A stretch of DNA of 63,832 nt, filler included, from Reclinomonas americana ATCC 50394 (Eukaryota): the NCBI GenBank assembly GCA_048213135.1. It is 15 parts of 15 records of this genome, joined end to end, with 100 filler letters (N's around TTAATTAATTAA, not from the genome) between each part and the next. Parts side by side here need not be neighbours in the genome. Positions count along the whole stretch, not along the records: positions 44,021 to 51,687 come from AFZH01020953.1; positions 51,788 to 55,442 come from AFZH01020954.1; positions 55,543 to 59,175 come from AFZH01020955.1; positions 59,276 to 61,310 come from AFZH01020956.1; positions 61,411 to 63,832 come from AFZH01020957.1; 10 more parts are not named here. One strand, given 5' to 3'. Below are positions 48,301 through 61,892 of this stretch, in pieces; the stretch's first letter is position 1; the number at the start of each line of letters is the position of its first letter. The position numbers and the translations under genes are program-made. Below the pieces are notes generated by a model. It did no database searches. It was given only the letters and a program-made list of their open reading frames with translations, and had not been told where the DNA came from.

Positions 48301-51300
48301 CAGAGCAAGCTGCACTAATCTTGTGTCCTCCATGGCATCAGTGGCACCTCGTGTGTGTACCATAGCTGGGAGTTTGAGCGGCACAGCAGGAACTACCAAT
48401 GCCGTCGGTACGAACGCTCGATTCAACGGGCCAACGGGCCTGGCATTGAGGGCAACTACTGGCGACCTGTACGTGGCGGACACAAACAACGGGGCAATTC
48501 GAATGGTTTCCACCACAGGCACAGTGTCGACGGTGGCCGGCATTGCCGGGAGTCTGGGATATGTCGATGGCGCCGTCGGTATCGCGAAACTGAGAAGTCC
48601 CTATGGACTAGCATTCCACTCCACCAGCAATGCGCTGTACTTTAGCGACTATACCGCTCCTCGCATTGGCAAGGTGGACCTTGTTGGGCAGACGGTTACC
48701 ACGGTTGTCGGCAACGGCACCGCCGCGCTCGTAGACGGCTCGTTTAGTGCGGCACGACTGATGGGTCCGACTCACATGACACGCGCGCTGACAGGCGAAG
48801 ACATTTATTTTTGCGATGCGACTGTTGCGTCTTGCACACGATGACAATTGCGAGCGTCTTGAGATCTTGAGATCTTGACTGACTTGGAAATAATATCACA
48901 CAGGGCTATCGAGTGCGAGTAGTCCAGTTCGCAACCAGCACTGTTGCCACTGTTGCAGGAACTGGCGTGGCTGGCTTTCTAGACGGCGCAGCCCTTGCCG
49001 CCACTTTCAACAAGCCTTTTGGCATAGCCTGGCTCTCCGCGACACAGCTGCTCATCGCCGACAGTACCAACTTTCGTATTCGACTGGTGGATCTGGCGAG
49101 CAACTCTGTCTCGACAGTTGCAGGCACAGGCACGCTCGGGTTTGTTTGTATTTAGATTTAGTTAGTTAGGACACCGATTCTTGTTCTGGGTGTGACAATT
49201 GTGTTGGAAAGGACCACGGATGGACAGTCTGCAACTGTCGGTATAGTCAGCGGCCTCGTATCGAACGGCACCGGGTTCTTTTTTGCCGATACCGTTGAGT
49301 AGTAGCCCTTGACTTTCTTGGAATCTCTGCTTGACATATTATCTACATGTACAGTCTGCCCGTACGATTCGTATGCTTACCAGCGTCACCAGTGGCGGTG
49401 AGCATGCGTGCGACCACCTACATAGTCCCCGACCGTGCACACATTTGTACTAAATGCAGCACACCTGCAGTGTGGAGTGTTAGTCACGCTGTTGGCTACG
49501 TCAATTCCGCTGGGCGTGCCGATGGCGTGTACCCGAGCGCGACGGTTCGCTCTCTTGCTGTCGTTGTCCACTCTGCATTCGTGGTGCTTTGGTACGCAGA
49601 CTGACGAGTGTTATCTCTCTTTCCGTCCACAGTTATCTTCCACCGTTAGTGCTATGGAGAACAATGCAGCGATCGGGGTATTGTATTTCTCGGATACTGG
49701 CAACAACAGCATTCGAGTTGTCTGTGATAACCGTTGCGTCACTACTATCCACGGACACAGCGCGTCGTCTCATCTGACAGCGACGTCGCTGCGCTCTTGC
49801 AGCATCGGTGACTTTTGTCGACATTACTTCGTACATCAACAACACTGCGTCGCCAATCACTGTTGCTTTATCCGGCTGCGGATTTTCTGACATATCATCG
49901 GATGCCTCGGCTATCCAAGTAACAGATCTCTCTTCCACGCCTGTTTCCGGCATCGCAGTTACAGGTGCACTCAGCGGCTCGCAGCTTTTGCTTTCGGTCA
50001 CCGCGACAACGATTGCTGCTGGAAAGTACAACATGCTCATTCGCTGGTCTCAAACCTCCCAGTATCTCTTCGCATTCGCCTTTACAATCGGTGAGTGTAC
50101 CGTCGTCGATCACGTACGCCGAATGCACGCATATCCACGCTCATTCTTTCCGTACAGTCACTCGCCCTGTTGTGACGTCGGTGAGCGCCGTGTCAGTCAT
50201 CACTGGCGTCACTGTCAGTACGCCCTTCACTGTACGTGGATCAAACTTTTTGAACGTGTCGGCCGACTCGGGTGCATTGCAAGTCTCGACCAGTAACTCG
50301 ATGATCAACATGGCGTCGTCGATCACCACCTCGTTCGTGTTCACCAACACCGGTGAAGCAACGGTGAACATCCTCGGATCGTCGGCCGCACCAGGAACGT
50401 ATTACTTGTGGATTCGGTGGTTGCCGAAGGGACTATATGCGCTTGCTTTTACATTTACCGTCCGTTGCGTCGACAATGCTTCCTTTCTTCACGTGTGTCG
50501 CACAAAAGGAATCCTCAAGGTTTCTGCTTTCTCCCACGATACCGCAGAGGATCCCGGAGTTGTCTCCACCGTTGACGCCAGTGTCGCTGTCAGCAGCCCT
50601 CTCTCACCCGTTACCACCACAATCACCGTCACTGGTTCCAATTTCAGCAACGTCTCTGTCGACACCGATGCGCTCGCCTTCATCGGTGTTGGGTTGGGAT
50701 ATTTCTTGACTCCAGTTTCAGGGTTCCGTTGCTGGGCACCAGCAGCAACCGTTTCTTCCACGCAGCTGGTGCTGTTTGTGGAAGTCACTGGTGTCAGCGC
50801 TGGCTCGTACCGCGTGGCTGTGCGGTGGTCGCCGGTGGCGTCGTATGTCGCGGCCTTTTCTCTGGATGTTGGTGCGTGATACTTGATGTGTACTCAGAAG
50901 TGATTAGGGTTACCTAACGTTTGGCGCATGTATCTCACAGTCACGGCTGGCACCATCTCCTCTGCGACTCCGCTGCCCGTCATCGGCAACGTCGGCGTCA
51001 CCACTCCGCTGTCGCTGTTTGGCTCGGACATGCAGTCGGTAGCTGCCGACTCTGCCGCTTGCGTTCTCAACGACGCGGGTGCCACTTCACTGGTAACTAC
51101 GTTCGTGGACAGCACGTCCATGACAGTCATGATCCCTTCGCTGTCCCCGGGGACGTACCAACTCAGCATCCGGTGGGTGCCCCAGTCTTCCTACTCGACG
51201 ACGTTTGCCTTCACTGTCGGTGCGTGCACTCACAAGACACATGTCACGAACATTGCGGGAAAGCCTCATTCTCTTCACAGTGCCACCGGGAAGTGTGACA

Positions 51301-54300
51301 TCGGCGGACAAGACTGTGTTCTTGAATGATGCGACGAGTGCGGTGACGGTGAATGTGTCTGGCAGTGGGCTGCTGAATGTGTGCGGCGACAGCAGCGCAG
51401 TGGGTGTTTTGTGGCGGCAGGGTCGAACACGTTTGCCTCTGGGATCACGGTGGCTTGCGCGTTTGTGAGCAGCACGAGCATGTCACTTGGCGTGCTTGTG
51501 AATGGAGCGAGTGCGGGGACTTACGACATGAAGGTGCGATGGTCGACTGTGTCACCGTACAACTCGGCGTTCACCATTAGCGTCCGTTGCGTTGGGAGAG
51601 AGAGAGAGAGAACGAGAAGATGGATCTGACAGAAGAATGACTGTGTGCGTACTCTTTGTGTGTGTGTGTGTATGTGTGTGTGTGCACNNNNNNNNNNNNN
51701 NNNNNNNNNNNNNNNNNNNNNNNNNNNNNNNTTAATTAATTAANNNNNNNNNNNNNNNNNNNNNNNNNNNNNNNNNNNNNNNNNNNNGTACAACTCGGCG
51801 TTCACCATTAGCGTCCGTTGCGTTCATGGCTGGATGTGCTGAGAGTCAGTGATTGAGCCAGTACTGACTTTATGATGTCTTATGCTGCGTCAGTTGCACC
51901 CGGCCAAGTCACGTCTGTGGAAGTGCCGCATGTGTTCAACGACACCGGAGTCGCGACCGTGGTCAAGGTGTATGGCACTGGCTTGCTGGATGTGAGCGTC
52001 GATGCGAACGCGGTCATGATCGATGGTGCAGTGACGGCGACGTTGCAAGCCACGCTCGTCGACAGCACGTACATGACCGTGTCGGTGCTGCCGACAAACG
52101 CTGTCAGGGGGACTTTTCCACTGAAAATTCGTTGGTCGAGTGTGTCGCCACGGCAAACAGTGTGTTCACTCAACATTGGTTTGTTTGGAGTGGCACCGCA
52201 TGCCTGTGAGTGAGCCTACGTTGAGCTTATTCTATCATGTTGTCGCAGTGTCCACTCCCTCTGTCACATCTGTTGACAGGTCAGTCATCTTCAACAACAC
52301 GGTTGCCTCGACCCTGATGACGATGACTGGTGTTTCTTTTTTCGACGTGACGGCCGACGTTAGTTCATTTCGCATCTCTGTTAGGGGCTCCAGTGACTTT
52401 GTCGCGGGCATACCTGTCTCTAGCACGTACATCAACAACTCATCGATCGCCCTTCGCGTACCATCGCTCGGCGTCGCGGCAGGCCCTTACTCGATGCGGG
52501 TACGATGGTCGCCAACGGCGCCGTACGTGACGGCCTTCAACTTCGATGTTGGTACGCAGAGTGACGCAATCGTTCACATCCTGCCTTTCCTCTCTCACCT
52601 TTCTTGTTCCTCTGCACACCGCAGTTGTCAAGCCGCCACAGTGGTGTCAAGAGCGTACCACTCTTGCTGCGATTGCGGGAACCATCACATCCATCACCGA
52701 TGGCACACCAACTGGCTCCGCGTATGCCGCGTACACCTCGTGTCGTTGGGTGGTGAACAGCGTCACCCCTGGTGCCAGCGTCATGTTCCTTTCTGTCATG
52801 CGTATCGACACGGAGGTGAACAAGGACCAGGTGCGAGTGTACACTGGTGATGCTGGAGAGTCAGCGGCGACGCTTGTGGCATCATTTTCTGGCGACCGCA
52901 TCGGCGCACCTGTTGAGCTCTCTGGCAGTTGTGTCTGTTGTGCTGCGCCACAATATGTGTTGTGACACACGCTGCTTAATCTCTTGTTGAACTCGAACGC
53001 AACAGCAACCACACTGCTAGTGGCCTTCGAGGCCGATGGAACTCAGCAACGGAGTGGCTGGGAGATTCAAGTGTATGGTGAGTCGCTGCCGACTGTATGG
53101 AATCAGTTCCAGGGGCATGCAGCTGGCTCACCGCACAGAACAGTACCACGAGGCCTACAGGTCACGCTCTCCGGCGACGGTGGAATCTACTCATGGGGAA
53201 CGAAGGTAGAGCTATCGGCGACTGTCGTCGACTTGGATAATCGGTCGTCTTTTGCGTCGGTAGGCTGAAGCACGGATATCGATCGGCAGATGTACGAGCC
53301 TTCTTCTCTCATGTGTTGTACGTGTTTGCGTGTGTAGGCCGTTCCACTTGCTGTCTCTTGGAGCTGTGTCTTTTTCTCCGCCTTGGGCTCTGGCGCTGCC
53401 GAAGATTGTGGCTTGTCGTTCACCCCGGAGTTGACCAACATCGTGGGACCTGGTGGCATGCGGAACGGAACGTTTCGAAAGCAGTTGCCGTCGGTGAAAT
53501 GCACTCTGTTTCACGTTTCTTATTTTCTTCGATGTACACCAGGTACGCATTCACTGTATTGGCTAAACGAGGCAGCTTCTCGGCCACGGCCAGCTCCTCC
53601 ATCACTTACGGCGCCTCAAATTCCTTGTATTTGTTAGTGGTACGTGTTTACCGGTGTGAATGTCAGTGATCGTCGTTGCTCGACTGCTATGCTCACCACA
53701 CTGAGGCGCAGCCGAGTGCTGGCGAAACTTCTTCGCAATTACGCAACTGGATGGAGCCGTTTGTTGTGCGCGCCGTCTTGTCGGGTGCAATTGCCGATCG
53801 ATCAGATGTGACGGCCAGATTCAATGTCACCGGTGTGTGTTGCGCTTTTGTACCCTTTTCCCGCGCATTGCTCACTCGTGCACTGCGACGCAGATCTGCG
53901 CACTGCTTCTGCTGTCTCTCTCGACAAATTCGAAATCGTGCGGAACTCACGCTCGCTGCCGATTGCTTTGCGCGTCGCGGCAGGTGTGTTGGACGCTGGC
54001 GCACGCTACGAGTTTGCATACGCTGCACAAGCCGGAGGATCCGTTTGTTGCGTGTGGTGCTGGGTCGACGTCCTCCGTTGTCTGCACCAGTTGATCTGTG
54101 TGTATTTTAGTGAGCACTACACTCGAGGTGGCCATGCGACCGCGTCCCACTATCACGGGTTCGATTATGGCGACGCCGCAGCAGGGCGTTGAGCGATCCA
54201 CGCTTTATACGATCACTGCACCGACGGGGAGCGGCGGCACCGGTGCGGTGCTATTCTACACATTTTACTACAATCGAGTGCGAACGGGCACTGCTGTACT

Positions 54301-57300
54301 CCTCGGTGTGCAGCTGAACTCGACGCTGGTTACCACCCTGGAGGCCGGTGATCCAAACGACCAGTACCGCGTGTCTGTTCAAGTGGAAGTCAGTGATGCG
54401 ACTGGCGTGGCATCCAAGTTTCGTAAGTTGGTACCATTGCACGCTCACACTTACGCCTGTTCACCAACATGCCTTTGTGATTGGCGCAGGGCGAGTTTGA
54501 ACACCACAGTCATCGTCAGCCCGCAACCGAATGCAGGCTCCGCGCAGCTCCAACAACAATTTGTGACGGGCGTGTCGACTCTGTCGGCGATGCCGCTCCG
54601 TGACAGCGCAGATGCTGCGCAGATGGTGGCGCGCGCATCCTATCTGCTGGCGATGCTGGAGGAGACCGATGGTCGAACAGCAGTGCTGGCCGGTGGTACG
54701 CCGGTGTATGCGGCCATGGTCTCTGTTGCCACGCAGTTGTCGACTGCGACCGCGCTGCTGCGCCCCAGTGATATGCCGCGCGTCGTAACTGGCTTGCTCA
54801 GTTGCCTCAATTTGTCCTCCTTGTGCGTTTCTCCTTTCGTCTCCTCAAACCTTTCGTCTGTGCACTCACTTGCCTTCTCCCCGCAGTGCGCTGCCGCAGC
54901 TTCCTCAGACGGAGCGCATCGCGGTCATTGGAGCCATGATTTTGTCTGCGGAGGCCGTCTCCAAGTCGTCGATCGTGAGTCAGAGTTCAGATGCTGCCTC
55001 GATACTGCAACTTGCCGATCGCCTCGCTGCAACACTGCCCGGAATCGCTCAAGCTGTGGATACAAGTACCTTGGGCAGTCGACTCACAAAGTCGGCAGAG
55101 CAGGTGCTCACCACTGCGGTGGCGGTGCAGGTATGTTGAAAGAGGGGCTCGTGCAGTACGCCTTCTTGTCTTACATTTCGACATGCAATCCAACCGCAGA
55201 TTCCCGGTGATGCACCTGCTCGCTTTGTTGGTTCCACCTTCACAATGGAGGCAGCGCACTTCTCAGCCGAACAGTCTCCGACTACCACCACCACCGTCAA
55301 GTTCGTGGACAACAACAACGCGACAACGGTCTTGGAAGCTCTGCCTCAGTTCAATGCTGCAAGCGACTCGACATCGGCGGCTGCATCCTTCGCCTTTCCG
55401 CGTTCATTTGCGTCCGTTGTTGGTGGGCGCAGTGACAGTGCCNNNNNNNNNNNNNNNNNNNNNNNNNNNNNNNNNNNNNNNNNNNNTTAATTAATTAANN
55501 NNNNNNNNNNNNNNNNNNNNNNNNNNNNNNNNNNNNNNNNNNGTGTACATCTCGACCATGTTCGCTGCCGGCACGAATCCGTACGACGCACTGGGTACCG
55601 GCACCGTGAATCAGGGCAGTAACAAGACAGCCCAGCTGCTCACCTCCATCCACACCTTCAAGTTGATTGACGTGACAGACTCATGACGGACTGGTTTTAC
55701 TTTCAACTGGGCGGCACGAACAGGACTCTGAGCGAGCAGATCGCCGGGCAGCTGGTGAGTGCTCCTATTCGTTGCGCTCTCACTCTTCCAGACGCGATAC
55801 TCACTCAGTAGAGTGCTGCTGCACACAGAACAACACGCTGCGTTACATGCAGTCGTGCAACCCGGGGAGCTACACATTCAGCACGTCTGTTCAGCTCGTA
55901 CCGCTGTTCAATATGTGTTCGCGAGGGGCGCCGTCTACGGCGAATTCCACCGCCGCTACCTCGTCAAACACCTCCGTTACAGTCAATCCGCAGCGCCTCG
56001 ACATGTGTGTGTACTGGTCGACACTGACGGGCAAGTGGAGCGCCGATGGTTGTCGCTCGTACTTGAAGGTGCTGGAAGACGGCTTCCTGTCCGAGCTCCG
56101 TGAGATGCCCTCTCTTGCTAAACAAGCCGTCATTGTTTTGCAGGTCCAGGCCGGCGCTGTCGTCAACATTGTGTGCGCCTGCAACCACATGACAGACTTC
56201 ACTGTCGATGCGAGCGACGTGTTTGACATTCAGTTCACATTTGCCAGTCCGCTGGATGTGGGTGCGTTCTTTTCTGGTTCCGTCGCACACATCCTCCAGT
56301 CGTGGACGTTGTGGGTGCTTGCTGCTGTCCATGTGTTCTATGCGGTGGCCTGGTGCACTCTCTACCGCTGGGACCTCAGCCGCGATCGAGTTCTTCGACG
56401 TTACGAGTCGCTCAAGTTGCTGGCACAGGAGAGAGTGGTGAGTACTTGCGTTCTTTGATACGCTTGTTTGTTTGTTGTGCGAGTGACTGATCAACAACAC
56501 ACGCTCAGGTATGGCATCAGCAGGAGCGAGGACCATTTTGCGGGAAATTCAGTTTTGCCGAACTTGTGAAAGAAGTGTGGCGACACCAGTACGGCGCCGA
56601 GTTTGCCAAGGAGGTGTTGCCTGTCGGCTTCATGACCAGGTTAACAACGGATGGCAACCTGTCTGTTCTTGAAGCCCGCTACTCACTATACAATCTGGTG
56701 GTGTGCGTGTAGGGTTTCAGAGCAATCGGCAGAGACTGGACCACCAAAGACCAATATCGCGTCTGCCTCGTCAGCTACGGGGAGCTCGTCGTCTGACGAC
56801 GCGTTGTCGGAGCCCGATGATCGTACTTCATCATCTCTGGCGCCGTCGCATTCACCACCGTCGTCGCCACTGTCGTTTGCTCCCGACAATCCCCTTCCGC
56901 ACGCAGTACCTCTTGGTGTGACATTGAGGCGAGCATCACAAGCAACCCCGTGTGCGAGGGCGGAGAGTGAGTCGAGTTTGCCGACTGGCGACCGGCAGAA
57001 GTCTGCAGAGGTCAGCGGAACGCGCGCCCCCATCTTTTTTTGTGGGTGCTTTTCTCTAAACTTTTCGTCACCAGCGCCTCTTGTTGGATTCACCATCGAT
57101 AGTCGCGAGACGCCCATCTCTGCTGCCATTTGCGCCCAGTCCACCGGCTGGTGAGCTGTTGAGGATGTCGGTGGTTTCTCGTCTTACACTAAGCATCACG
57201 TGTCATTATGCATCGCAGTGTCCGCAGTTCCATCGCGGATGCTTGAAACTGCAAGAAGCCTGGTGGTATCCAAGAGCACGATTGTGCCCGCTTTGATGCT

Positions 57301-60208
57301 CGAGGTAAGCCTTGCCGGAACACTCGTCAAGATCACCCTCTGACTTCTATTTCTTCCTCTCAAGGCGAATCGCGATGTTGCTCCCTCCGTTGCACCAAGA
57401 CCACAGTCTCCCGGAGACCATGGCAGAGTGGAAAGCAATAAGGATATCCGTGATCCTGATCTCGTTCAACAACTGCGTCGACACAGCGAAGTAATTGCGC
57501 ATTTCAAGGGTGTGTCTCCGTGTCTGTGCCTGCACTCGCCTTTGTGTCGTTGAAGCATTGTTCAACAGCGATTGTGACTCGTCTGATCGAGGCTCGGCGT
57601 CAGCAGTACGCCATAGTGCGTGCTGGAACTCAGTTGGTACGAATGTTCAAGCACGGTCACTCGTGGCTGGCCACCATGACCACGCAACCGTTGGACAACT
57701 TTCGGCGCACGCAGAAACTCACAGTTGCGTGTCTTGTCATGCAGCATACAAGTCACAACGAGTAGGAATACTCACCGTGCGCGCACACATAGGTGCTGTG
57801 GCTTGCCACCATGTGCGCCTTGTACTTCAATACCGTCCTGGCCGCACAACGAGATGTCTCTGACCTGTCAACCTTGTTCCGCGACCTCGTCATCGGCCTT
57901 ATCATTGGTTCGCGAATGCATCGTTATGTGTTACGTGCTTCAACAGCTGTATCTCACCTACAACACCGAACGCAGGAGCCACCATGGTGCCAGTCTGCGC
58001 GCTCGCCGGCTTTGCCTTCCGATTCACACCACGTCTACCGATGAACGACACCTGGTTCGAACGCGGCGAGACCAACTTGCGACAGCAGCTCGCCAACGCA
58101 CTCCGTCTCGGCCGTGCACCCTCTACACCGACGGAGGGATCACGTCGCTCTGAGGAGCCCCTATCCCCTCGATCCAACGTCGAATCCTTGATGTCGCTGA
58201 GTGAGATCCAGAGTCGCCGTCGTCAGCGACAGTTGCGAGCCTCCAAGGGTATGATCGTGCATTCAGTGAGCTGTTTGCTTGTGGATTAAGTGTGTTCATT
58301 CTGCATTCCCATTATTGCGGCAGGAATTGTCCCCGTGGACAGCGACTTGGAGTACCACGCTGCAGATGGCACCAAAAGGCACGAGCAATGGACCACCAAC
58401 TCGCCTGCTTCGGAATCTACGGCGGTACGTAGTGGATCGCTGTGAATCTCGATCTACGTGCACTCTCTCTCTCTCTGTCGCTCACGACGCGGATGTGTGT
58501 GCAGTCGCCCACCGCCAAGTTCACTTCACTCGAGGCTCTTGGCAGCGAGTCATCGCACTCGCCGAGTCGGCTTGCCAAGCTGAATCGCATACAGCGATCT
58601 CCATCCAGCGGCTCTGTGGTAGTAATCGGTGCTCGGCGATCGAGTCTTGCCAGTTTGTTGGGCAGTGAGGCGTCATTGCCGTCACCCACCATATTTGCGG
58701 TGTGTACACGAGTGATGAGTGCCGGCGCTTGATGTGACGCAGCCTCACTCAGTGCATCTCTTCTCCCAGTTCCGTCGCTTCAGCACGGTGCGACCTGTCG
58801 TTGGCGTCGAGTCGATGCAGAGTGTGAGTGCTCACTACGGACGCCCCGTCGATCATGCATGCTTGCTTGTGATTGCTGCGACCAACCCTCTTCTCCGCAG
58901 ATGGTGGACCACAATCTGCTCACGTCTCGCTTGGTGGGGAGTATCGCACGAGGCGCCGACAGCGTCGAGAGATTCGTTGCAGATGGTCCGAGTGTGGCGC
59001 GCAAACCAACAGCAAGTCGTGGTACGTAGGTTGAACAGCAACGAGCTTCGCTTGTCACGTGCGTGCTGACGAGTGTTGGTATGAGGCGATGCAGTCGCGT
59101 CAGAGAGTTTCATCGTGCATGATGTCGATGAGCACACGGCTGCGTCGGACAGCAGCATCAGTGGTGACCGAGCGGNNNNNNNNNNNNNNNNNNNNNNNNN
59201 NNNNNNNNNNNNNNNNNNNTTAATTAATTAANNNNNNNNNNNNNNNNNNNNNNNNNNNNNNNNNNNNNNNNNNNNCAATTCAGGTGTCGACCGATGGCCG
59301 CACGACGGTGCGCACACTTGTCTTTCGTTAGAGAGTGTTCTCTCGCTCTTCTCACACCACCGTTGCTTCTAGCCCACTGGAGCGGCGGCGGGAGAGGCGT
59401 TACGGCGGATCGAGCTGTGTGACTTGTCGTTTGAGGCGTCAGCTGCCGGCATTGCTGTGAGTTCTGTGCGCCAGTCTGAGGTGGCGGAAGAGAACGAGGT
59501 TTGTGAACCATGTGCCGTCTGATCATCGCGTCGTGTCCCTCATCGACGACGCTGCGACGCTCAGCGACGGCGTTTGAGTACGCCAGGTGCGTTTGGAGAA
59601 CCCGCCGGCCATCCGCTGGAAATATACGCACACGACAATCAGTTCCGCACCGTGCACCGACTGGTGACGTACGACTCTGTGCACACGTACCGCCAGCTGC
59701 TGGTGCATCACGAGAACAACCTCAAGGTTGTGCCGTCGACGTCGTCGTTGGCGACGGCTGCAGCCGTCGGCGTGAAAGAGAAGAGTTGCGCCGACGTGTC
59801 CTTAGAAAGTGCATGTGCGGGGCTCAACCTTGCCCCACCCGCAGAAGGACTGTGGCAGAGATTACGAACGCGCCAGTTGCCGTATGTCACGGTCAGCGAC
59901 CTTGTCCCTTTTCCGTCGCGCAAGAGTGTGTCGCCCAACCCTCACGTGCATGCATCGCACAGGTGTACGTGGCCTACGCACTCATCTGGGCGCTCGGCCT
60001 CTTCCTGACCTACATGACGCTGGTGACGGCCGGCGTTCTCCTCGCCTCCATGGGCGAACTGCCGCTGCTGCGTGCCTCCGCTGGCAGCGTGCTGAGCGAC
60101 GTATTCATCAACGAGCCCGTCAAGCTCGTCTTCCTGTGGTTGCTGGGTCCGTGTTTTGTGCCCGCCGTCTTTGCCGATCTCCTGAGCTTTGCTATTGGAG
60201 TCGTATAA
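45380..60208 (+). CDS. Giant polycystin-1-like surface protein: signal peptide, NHL repeats, Ig/IPT-like repeats, CUB, REJ, GAIN/GPS, multi-TM (spans three gaps)
   Basis: NHL (ARFNGPTGLA..LYVADTNNGAIRMV); CUB (ITDG..YAAYTSCRWVV..DTEVNKDQVRVY..FEADG..SGW); REJ (PQQG..T.YTI..YTFYY..LEAGD..VQVEVSDATG); GPS (CVYW..KWSADGC..CACNHMTDF); HSWL..FRRTQKL TM block; TAA at 60206-60208. Confidence 0.75.
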
Positions 60209-60319
60209 TTATGGCAATACACAAGAAAGCAAGCAGCAACGAAGCACGCTCTCCGGTGTGAACGAAGAGGAAAATTGCGGGAAGCTCTCGCCACGTCACT
60301 TTGACCACGCAAACACATC

Positions 60320-61310
60320 ATGCGAGGAACACGAGAGTGGCAAGGCCCTCCGTACCACGCGTTGCGTTTCTCTCTCTCTCTCTCTCACGCACACACACAC
60401 ACTCTCACTCTCTCTCACACACTCTCACTCACTCTCTCTGTTTAGTTTGTACGATGGCCGCTGCTTTGTGGTTCTCCACTCGTACTGCGCGCTGCCGATG
60501 TTTGCCGACTACTCTCTGGAGGAGCTGCGCATGATGGACTACATGGAAGAAGGGCGTCAAGTCGGCGGCGGAGAGCTCGCCGCCTCTGACGCAAATCCTC
60601 CGCCTCCTCAGTCGCAGGCGGTGGAGCGCGCACAGTCCCCGCCCTCCTCGCGCTGTTGCGTCTCTCTCGCTTGTGTGTGTGTGTGCGTGTGTGTGTGTGA
60701 GAGAGAGAGAAGGAGGAGAGAGAACAGTGTGTGACAACTGTGTGATGAAATGCGCAGCTGCCACCACCACGTCGTCATCTCTCGGCGAGAAGTCCCCCAG
60801 CCGTTGCGTTGCACACACGCACATACACACACACGTGCACTCTTTCTCTCTCTCATATGCACACACATGCGCAACTCGTGTGCAAACCCTCGGAAATATG
60901 GGCGAGGTCACTCACTGCGTTCTCAACTTGGAATCTTTTCTTGCTGCTGCTGCTGCTGCTGCTGCCCTCTCTCTTCCAGCGCGCGTGTGTCGGCCATCTC
61001 ACATATCCTCGTGTACAGATTCCCCGAGCTCACTGCAAGGCATTCCTGGTGCCATTGGCAGTGTGCCTCCGGCTGCTCTGGCCCCGGTGATGCCGCTCTT
61101 CATGCCGCCCATCCCGCACGCGTTGTGTTGCGTTCTCTGTCACTCAAGACGCAGAGCGCGTTCTTGTGGTCTCATCCTGCCTTTTGCGCAGCCGTGGCCT
61201 TGTGGTTGCAAACGGCAGTGGAGCTGCCGCAGTACTCGGCGGTGTTTGCGTCGTTTGGGTACGACGACCCGCGCGTCCTTCCCTTCATTCTACCGTCGGA
61301 TCTCGACGCT
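60320..61310 (+). CDS. GLEBS-motif plus SAM-domain protein (3' end in gap)
   Basis: Spliced MRGTREWQGPPYHALYDGRCFVVLHSYCALPMFADYSLEELRMMDY (GLEBS-like), later VALWLQTAVELPQYSAVFASFGYDDPRVLPFILPSDLDA (SAM). Confidence 0.6.
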
Positions 61311-61892
61311 NNNNNNNNNNNNNNNNNNNNNNNNNNNNNNNNNNNNNNNNNNNNTTAATTAATTAANNNNNNNNNNNNNNNNNNNNNNNNNNNNNNNNNN
61401 NNNNNNNNNNTCGAATTCTCTCCTCTCCGCATGGATTCATGGCACGTGACCTCTCAACAGGATATTAGTTGCGTGCTTCTGCTTGTCTGTGGCCTTTGTA
61501 AGCCGTTGTTCTCACCAGTTTCGAATCTGATGTTGTTGTGCATGTTATTTTGAACTGCTCCGGCCCTTACAGGTGAAGGTGAGCATCAGGGACAGAAGAT
61601 ATCTCTCTCTCTCTGTGTGTATGTGTCACTCACTCTCCTTCTATCTTGCCTGTCAATTGTGGTCGGTTTCCTTCTGTACACTGTAGAGTCTTTCCTGAAA
61701 TTTCCTATTCTTGGGGTACAATGTCCCGCACCCCTAGTTCTCACCGCGTGCCCCCCCAGTTTGGCCAACAGACCGATTAGCACGTGACGCACTCTTGAAA
61801 GCCGGGCGTGTGTGTGTGTGGAGAGAGGAAGCAGAGTGTACGTGAGCGTGTGCGTGAGCGAGGAGGTTCACATTCGTTTATCAGCAGCAGCC

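Noticed and set aside
51557..51823. 37-bp exact duplication on both sides of a gap (51557-51593 and 51787-51823) with different downstream intron sequence
   Set aside because: Most simply a contig-end overlap, allelic variant or hidden exon repeat at an assembly break; cannot be resolved without reads
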